In this document: positions 59,507-64,000 of the stretch, piece by piece | Layout: the number at the start of each line of letters is the position of its first letter | Numbering within the stretch: the stretch's first letter is position 1 | From: a virus | Lineage: Duplodnaviria; Caudoviricetes | Direction: 5' to 3' (one strand) | DNA: 64,000 nt | Virus record (IMG/VR): IMGVR_UViG_3300043812_000016 | Span: 64,001 to 128,000 of that record | Notes under the pieces: model-generated | Seen by the model: only the letters and a program-made list of their open reading frames with translations | Told to the model about the DNA's origin: nothing | Databases searched by the model: none | Program-made: the position numbers and the translations under genes

Positions 59507-60195
59507 TGAGTGTAGCAGACCTTAAAAAGGCTTTAGGTGAAGTTGGCTTTACTCAATTAAAGAAAGCTGTTAATACTGGGAACGTAACTGTATATACGGT
59601 AAAGACTTTAAATAAAGAGTTTGGCTTAGCTCCTTTAGCTGGAATTTCAGAGAGTGACGTAGCAGATAATCAAGCTGAATTAGTTAACGTTTTTGAAGAA
59701 TCTTTTGTTAATATTCAAGATCAGAAGATTAGTGTTGTTATGTATGATAAGGAATTAAACCCAGCCCTATTTAAGAGTGTAGTTCGTTCTTATGTACTAA
59801 GTCTTGAGGGACTAGAAAGTGTAAGCAATAACTTAAAAGATGAAATTGATTATGACTCTTACATGGCTAAATTAGTAAAAGAGGACAAATTAGGTATTTT
59901 AGTTGTTAAAGACGAAGACGAGGATCATCTTTATATGTTTAAGAAAGAACCAGCTTTAATTAAATTAAAGGTTATTAAGCAATTAAGAGACTTAGCAGAG
60001 TCCGAAGATATTGATACTAATAAGGATAAGCAAGACCAATTTATGAAGTTAAATAAACTAGCTAAAAAGTCCTATAAGGAAAACAAGACTTACATTAGTC
60101 ATCTTGACCCACTTATTACTCAACGGGCAATCTATGATCCAGACGTAAGAGAAAAAGTCAAGCTATTTAATAACTTAAAAATGATGTATGATTAA
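59506..60195 (+). CDS. Hypothetical protein
   Basis: Coupled ORF followed by a terminator at 60203-60229. Confidence 0.65.
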   Translation: MSVADLKKALGEVGFTQLKKAVNTGNVTVYTVKTLNKEFGLAPLAGISESDVADNQAELVNVFEESFVNIQDQKISVVMYDKELNPALFKSVVRSYVLSLEGLESVSNNLKDEIDYDSYMAKLVKEDKLGILVVKDEDEDHLYMFKKEPALIKLKVIKQLRDLAESEDIDTNKDKQDQFMKLNKLAKKSYKENKTYISHLDPLITQRAIYDPDVREKVKLFNNLKMMYD

Positions 60196-60272
60196 TATGA
60201 TTAGGCTAACAATTATGTTAGTCTTTTTTATTAATAAACAAAACTATATTATAATAAACAAGGTGATAATAA

Positions 60273-60917
60273 ATGGACGGGTCGGGAAGGCAATCTAAAG
60301 GCAAGAATTTTGAAAGAAAGATAGCCAAGGAGTTTTCATTACACTATAAGACTAATGTAAGCCGTACTGCTTATTCTGGGGCAACAAGAGGAATTGAAAC
60401 CCAGTACAACCATTCTGATCAAACAGGGAATATGGGTTTTGTTGGTGACTTATTCTTCCCGGCAGATCATCCAATGAGTATCTTTAATTATGAACTAAAG
60501 AATCATGACTCAGTTAAGTTTACTCAATTCTTTAATTCTAATGGTGAAATTCCTAGTTTTATGGAACAAGTAACCACAGATTCTAGCAGACTAGGTGGAG
60601 TTGGTCATACAGTACCATGTTTAATTATTCATATTAAGCGAGAAAATGACTATGCTCTATTTCCTTTCAAAGCAAGCGTATATCAAGTTTTAGCTAAAGA
60701 ACATGACAATGTATTGGCTACAATGATTAGCTATACACAAGAGCGTACAGAGACCATTAATCGGTATAATATGATTGTTACCACTTTAGATAACTTTATG
60801 AGCCTAGACCCAGATTTTATGTATCAGCAGTATAAGAATTTTAACTGGGACAGCCTAAATACTCATGAGATAGAGCATAAAGAAGTGGACTTAAATAAAT
60901 TAATTGACGAGGTTTAA
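60273..60917 (+). CDS. Holliday junction resolvase (Hjc-like PD-(D/E)XK)
   Basis: SKGKNFERKIAK...R...SG...GDL...ELKN. Confidence 0.8.
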   Translation: MDGSGRQSKGKNFERKIAKEFSLHYKTNVSRTAYSGATRGIETQYNHSDQTGNMGFVGDLFFPADHPMSIFNYELKNHDSVKFTQFFNSNGEIPSFMEQVTTDSSRLGGVGHTVPCLIIHIKRENDYALFPFKASVYQVLAKEHDNVLATMISYTQERTETINRYNMIVTTLDNFMSLDPDFMYQQYKNFNWDSLNTHEIEHKEVDLNKLIDEV

Positions 60918-60922
60918 TTAAA

Positions 60923-61534
60923 TTGCGTTTACAAAAACAATTAAATATTGATAATACTTTTCGGGTATTAAACCTAAACTTTTATGATAAGAAACGTGAT
61001 TATGTAAAAGTTAATGCTAAAAACAAGGAGAAAGTCTTAGCTTGTCTAAATGACGATCAAGAACACTATTACGTAATTGATGGTACAAGTGATGACTTAT
61101 TACTTAACCATAAAGTATATAAGAGTCAAGATCATATCATTTATATTACTAATGATTTAATTCCAATGAGCGTCTTTTTAGCTATTGGGTCTAATCGAAA
61201 AGTTATTTATATGTATCGACTTCACAACTTTAATCAAGCAGAATTAGATAATATGAACACTGCTTCTGAGGTTGGGACTACCGCTATTTATGTACCAAAC
61301 ATTACAGAAGATACAAGGATTACTCCTTTGCTGTTTGATATAGAAGATGCTAGATTCATTGCAGATCGGGTTTATCTTGAATTTAACGATGACGCTACCC
61401 AAGACTTCAAAGAGGCTTATTTTGACACCCTGCATGAAATCTTAGCCCGCTGGACGATCCAGCTTTATCTTAGCTACTCTAGTGAATTAGAACACCAAAA
61501 ACTAAGTAAGTATTTAATTAAGAAATATAAATAG
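60923..61534 (+). CDS. Hypothetical protein
   Basis: 203-aa ORF with RBS GAGG and a TTG start. Confidence 0.65.
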   Translation: MRLQKQLNIDNTFRVLNLNFYDKKRDYVKVNAKNKEKVLACLNDDQEHYYVIDGTSDDLLLNHKVYKSQDHIIYITNDLIPMSVFLAIGSNRKVIYMYRLHNFNQAELDNMNTASEVGTTAIYVPNITEDTRITPLLFDIEDARFIADRVYLEFNDDATQDFKEAYFDTLHEILARWTIQLYLSYSSELEHQKLSKYLIKKYK

Positions 61535-61579
61535 ACCTTATATCATTCGTTGTCTAATATGTTATAAGGACGAACTAAA

Positions 61580-61894
61580 ATGAAAAAAGACGTGGAAACA
61601 CTTAATACAACAGATTTAGCTAGACTGATTAAATTTAGGGATCCTAGCTTAAAATTAAAAGATATACAAAAGGTACTAAATCTTCAATCAGAAGTAATTG
61701 CCTATGGTTTAGACACAGAACAACGAATTAAAATTGGTAAGTTGTTTATTATTGAACCTACTATTCGCCCTAGTCACAAACACTACCGAGGAATGGGTAA
61801 GGGTTCAAAATATGTAACAGTACCAAAAAGACTTCGGTTTAAGTTTAAAGCCCTTAAGCAATTAAAAGAAATAGAAGATAGCCACCAATACTAG
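61580..61894 (+). CDS. HU/IHF-like DNA-binding protein
   Basis: LNTTDLARLI...IKIGKLF.IEP..RP...VP.R.R.KFK..K.LKE. Confidence 0.75.
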   Translation: MKKDVETLNTTDLARLIKFRDPSLKLKDIQKVLNLQSEVIAYGLDTEQRIKIGKLFIIEPTIRPSHKHYRGMGKGSKYVTVPKRLRFKFKALKQLKEIEDSHQY

Positions 61895-61922
61895 ACGGGT
61901 TAATTTAGCCTGTCTTTTTTTT
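61893..61922 (+). terminator. Terminator
   Basis: AGACGGGTTA-att-TAGCCTGTCT followed by a T-run. Confidence 0.8.
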
Positions 61923-62026
61923 ATTTTTTCTATTGCAATCCTTACACTTTTAGTTCATAATAAGAGGTGCGCAAGATTAGATACGCAGAAATGCGTAAAC
62001 CCTTGAGCAGAAAGGAAGACAGACAC

Positions 62027-62317
62027 ATGAATGAGTGCGCAGTAATGCAAGAATTCAAGGTTGCTCAATCTAAATTAGATAAAGTAATGGAATGGGTTAA
62101 AGCACAAACTGCCCCTATTCCATATGGTGAAAAGAACAACCCTAAGAAAGTTAAGGTAACGTTTCAAGGACAAGACTTCTATTATCCTAGTATTCGAGAA
62201 ACTGCTCGTTATATTAACGTTCCAGAATCTAGCATTCGTTATGCTTTAAGTAAACAGAATACTTATTATCGTAATGGTTGCTTAATTAGCTATGCGGATG
62301 AAGGAGAGGAAGTGTAA
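62027..62317 (+). CDS. NUMOD1-like HTH DNA-binding protein
   Basis: YPSIRETARYINVPESSIRYAL. RBS AAAGGA before ATG 62027. Confidence 0.62.
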   Translation: MNECAVMQEFKVAQSKLDKVMEWVKAQTAPIPYGEKNNPKKVKVTFQGQDFYYPSIRETARYINVPESSIRYALSKQNTYYRNGCLISYADEGEEV

Positions 62318-62319
62318 AT

Positions 62320-62811
62320 ATGACAGCGGATATTATCAAGGATGCCCTGCGTCCTCTACAATATGTAGACATGAATGGGGAACTTAAAACTTTAGTACCA
62401 GAACAGATTCTTAATTTTGATACTAATAAATTAGTTGAAGAAATGCAAAACAACCCCAATATCTATTACTTAGTGGCTAGACTTGCAGAGCGTAAACGAT
62501 TAGAGGCTAAAGACTTAGATACACAATTAGATGCTCTAAAGGGAACTCTATATATCCAATACGTGCAAGACGAAAACTTAAAAAAGTTTAATGGTGGACG
62601 TAAACCACCCGAGTCTATGCTTGCTACGGCAATTCAATCTGATCCTAAATATGTTGAATTGAGTAAGCAACGAAATCTAGCTGATTATCAATTTAGATGT
62701 CTTAACTGGTTAACCAAGGCAATTGAAAATAAAGCTGATATGATGCAAAGCATTAGCGCTAACCAACGACAACAGCAAAAAATGATCCCACAAGGAGGAT
62801 TTAATGGCTAA
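62320..62811 (+). CDS. Conserved helical protein (UvsY-like recombination mediator)
   Basis: KPPESML..AI.SDP.Y and KAIENKADMMQSIS pattern. Confidence 0.5.
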   Translation: MTADIIKDALRPLQYVDMNGELKTLVPEQILNFDTNKLVEEMQNNPNIYYLVARLAERKRLEAKDLDTQLDALKGTLYIQYVQDENLKKFNGGRKPPESMLATAIQSDPKYVELSKQRNLADYQFRCLNWLTKAIENKADMMQSISANQRQQQKMIPQGGFNG

Positions 62812-63361
62812 TAATTTTGAAACTAAAGTAAAAGATATTTGTAATAATATTTATAGCTTAACCCTAGATTTAAAAGACTCTGAACAGTTAGTGCTTAATC
62901 GTCATGTAGGAAATGTTGATAATCTAGTTGCTAAGTTAATAAGTGAAGAAGGTAAAACCCTAGTGCGAGATCTTCAACAAGATACTTTTAAAGAATATCA
63001 ACAGGTTGAAATGATTAAAGATTATTGTTCCCGAGGCTTTATTTATGCCCTAGCTTACAAAGGAATTTTACCAGACAGAGATAATTCCACTTTCGTAAAT
63101 GCTTTAAGTGCTATTACTACTGCTACTAAAAAGTTGCTAATTAAGAAAAACCATGATTATGGTTCTAGCTATCAAAAGGTAGCAGATATTCTAGGTGCTA
63201 TTCCAGCGTTTTCAGTGCGAATTTTAGACAAGTGTAATCGACTAGATAATCTAATTAATAGTAACAAAACAGTCAAAGTAAAAGATGAATCCCTCGCAGA
63301 TACTATACAAGACTTGTTAGGCTACTATGTATTGTTTATAATTAGTCTTGAAAATAAATAA
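62804..63361 (+). CDS. DUF1599-like (nucleotide-modification-associated) domain protein
   Basis: KKNHDYGSS...VRILDK..RL..L.....DESL.DT..DL.GY C-terminal motif. Confidence 0.68.
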   Translation: MANNFETKVKDICNNIYSLTLDLKDSEQLVLNRHVGNVDNLVAKLISEEGKTLVRDLQQDTFKEYQQVEMIKDYCSRGFIYALAYKGILPDRDNSTFVNALSAITTATKKLLIKKNHDYGSSYQKVADILGAIPAFSVRILDKCNRLDNLINSNKTVKVKDESLADTIQDLLGYYVLFIISLENK

Positions 63362-63400
63362 CAGGTAATATCTTGTATTAGAAACAGGGAGTGGATTTTA

Positions 63401-64000
63401 ATTATTTATATTAACGCACCGATCGGTATCGGTAAGACAAGTTTAGCTAAGATTTTATCTAAGGATTTAGGTACACCTGCATTTTTAGAAGAACCAGAAA
63501 AGATTCCATTATTAAATAGTTTTTATGAAGACGGTAAGATTTCACGAGAGCTTAAATCATTCGTAGTTCAGATTGAATTTCTGGATTACCGATATGAGCA
63601 ACTTATGGAAGGTGTTCATTTAGGGCTAGAAGGTATTACAAATACTGTCTATGACTCCTCACTTATTAGTGACGGGATTATGAGTCATAATCTTTATAAT
63701 CGTGGTGAATTTCCAGAGATTCTTTATAAGGATTACTTACGCCTTAATAACATTATGCAACGTAACGTAGCTGGTCATCCTTTCATGGGTCCCGATTTAA
63801 TTATTTATCTCGAAGCACCATTTGAACAAATGCTGAGTAATATTGCTAAACGTGGGCGGGAAATGGAAACTACAGACCCTAAGCTAACAGAGTATTATAA
63901 GTCTGTATGGAACATCTACCGAGACTGGTATAATTCTTATGGTAATACCCCAGTTCTTAAATTAGATTTAGATAATGTGGATTTTGTTAATAATGTAGAT
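63401..64000 (+). CDS. Deoxynucleoside kinase (3' end outside the window; no canonical start codon)
   Basis: IYINAPIGIGKTSLA P-loop, FLEEP...L..FY, PDLIIYLEA and I.KRGREME motifs. Confidence 0.85.
   Translation, partial: MIYINAPIGIGKTSLAKILSKDLGTPAFLEEPEKIPLLNSFYEDGKISRELKSFVVQIEFLDYRYEQLMEGVHLGLEGITNTVYDSSLISDGIMSHNLYNRGEFPEILYKDYLRLNNIMQRNVAGHPFMGPDLIIYLEAPFEQMLSNIAKRGREMETTDPKLTEYYKSVWNIYRDWYNSYGNTPVLKLDLDNVDFVNNVD

Noticed and set aside
1884-61435. All minus-strand ORFs and short nested plus-strand ORFs in the track (e.g. 18085-18381, 49978-50334, 10313-10504)
   Set aside because: They lie inside or opposite long, well-supported + strand genes, lack an RBS or motifs, and look like shadow frames.
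1-64000. Genome-wide stop-codon reassignment (TAG or TGA)
   Set aside because: TAG and TGA end many genes right before terminators or the next RBS, and long genes read through without recoding.
1-64000. CRISPR array, tRNA, rRNA, integrase or transposase
   Set aside because: No regularly spaced repeats, cloverleafs or recombinase motifs were seen by eye. A dedicated scan was not run.

Overview
This window is about 64 kb of a large, AT-rich lytic myovirus genome of the Herelleviridae (SPO1/Twort/K-like) type. A Lactobacillaceae host is inferred from protein style only. All credible genes are on the + strand. The window runs from the 3' part of the major capsid gene through neck, sheath, tail chaperone, two paralogous tape-measure/lysin genes, baseplate, adsorption and holin genes, then into the replication module (DnaB-like helicase, SbcC-like ATPase, primase, Hjc-like resolvase, HU-like protein, deoxynucleoside kinase). 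The most unusual feature occurs twice: a Zn-ribbon-repeat/Vsr-like (DUF559-type) endonuclease linked to a phage-Mu-Mom-like GNAT DNA-modifying domain. It appears once as two coupled genes (1386-3718) and once as a single fusion protein (31126-32973). The two Mom-like cores share 78 identical residues and differ in a 30-aa segment, suggesting a selfish nuclease-plus-modifier cassette. The tail tube gene, only partly captured by the ORF track, sits about 19 kb downstream of the sheath gene, lies between these endonuclease genes, and is split by a 247-nt ORF-less group I intron (30414-30660). Also seen: a candidate +1 frameshift in the tail chaperone, a repeated palindromic promoter/operator, a recurrent TATATTA late-promoter motif, RBS-occluding hairpins and three ORF-less promoter-terminator units. 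About 13 single-base frameshifts, most in essential genes, are probably assembly errors. Family assignments come from motif recognition and recalled homolog sequences; no database searches were run.
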